Notes under the pieces: generated by a model | The model's database searches: none | Told to the model about the DNA's origin: nothing | What the model saw: only the letters and a program-made list of their open reading frames with translations | Part shown: positions 63,717 to 64,000 of the stretch, in pieces | How the letters are laid out: each line of letters starts with the position of its first letter | How positions within the stretch are numbered: position 1 is the stretch's first letter | Assembly: GCA_039794845.1 (NCBI GenBank) | Contig: JAUQVK010000084.1 | Location: forward strand, 14,975 to 78,974 | Direction: 5' to 3' | From: Thermostichus sp. DRC_bins_24 | Lineage (GTDB): Bacteria; Cyanobacteriota; Cyanobacteriia; Thermostichales; Thermostichaceae | Length of the DNA: 64,000 nt | Program-made: the position numbers and the translations under genes

Positions 63717-63808
63717 GCAAGCCCCCCATGGGCAGGGGCCACTGGATTTGCAGAAGACGAGGCAGTATCCATCATTGCGCAAGCCCCCCATGGGCAGGGG
63801 CCACTGGA
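63717..63808. repeat. 30-bp palindromic direct repeat pair with a 32-nt spacer
   Basis: GCAAGCCCCCCATGGGCAGGGGCCACTGGA at 63717-63746 and 63779-63808. Confidence 0.85.
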
Positions 63809-63879
63809 GGTGGTTTGGCACTTCCAGCAGGGATCCCATCTGAGGACGGCGGACCAAGTTTTCCCGGATTGGGTTCGCC

Positions 63880-64000
63880 CTACTCTAGGCGCACCACCAC
63901 CCGCACAGGCTGCGACACACTGACAATAGGGGGACTGCCATAGCTGCTGCCCACCTGCAAGAAAAAGGTGAGGGAGACAGGCTCAGCGGGCACCTGCGGG
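63880..64000 (-). CDS. C-terminus of an unidentified protein entering from the right edge
   Basis: ...PQVPAEPVSLTFFLQVGSSYGSPPIVSVSQPVRVVVRLE* open frame. Confidence 0.45.
   Translation of the reverse strand, partial: PQVPAEPVSLTFFLQVGSSYGSPPIVSVSQPVRVVVRLE

Overview
Chromosomal window from a hot-spring unicellular cyanobacterium, most likely Thermostichus / Yellowstone-type Synechococcus. This is inferred from the pervasive GGGATCCC palindrome in place of canonical HIP1 GCGATCGC, plus kaiABC, petF, gvp and cyanobacterial hfq. It is mostly core genes: metG, valS, proS, infB, glnA, pyk, ispE, rnhB, ruvC, pgsA, aroH, msrP, kaiABC, futAB, phnDCE, gvpACNJ and two tRNAs. Several uncharacterised modules are present: an FHA/FHA-flavoprotein/membrane-protein operon, an esterase + ATP-grasp pair, a V4R/globin-fold cluster downstream of hfq, and a DUF6888/6887-like pair. 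Reading the intergenic DNA shows many decayed genes missing from the ORF track: brnT broken by a 5-bp duplication, an internally deleted aspartyl protease, DUF29 with an ACG start, and UvrD and MocR-like remnants. It also shows a cobN encoding only its N-terminal ~60%, a family of 21-27 bp GCGTNAGC+hairpin mini-elements at gene ends with compensatory stem changes, a tRNA-Ala 3'-half duplication, and an orphan repeat-spacer-repeat near the right end. No cas genes, transposases or prophage were recognised. All family calls come from motif recognition by eye, not database searches.
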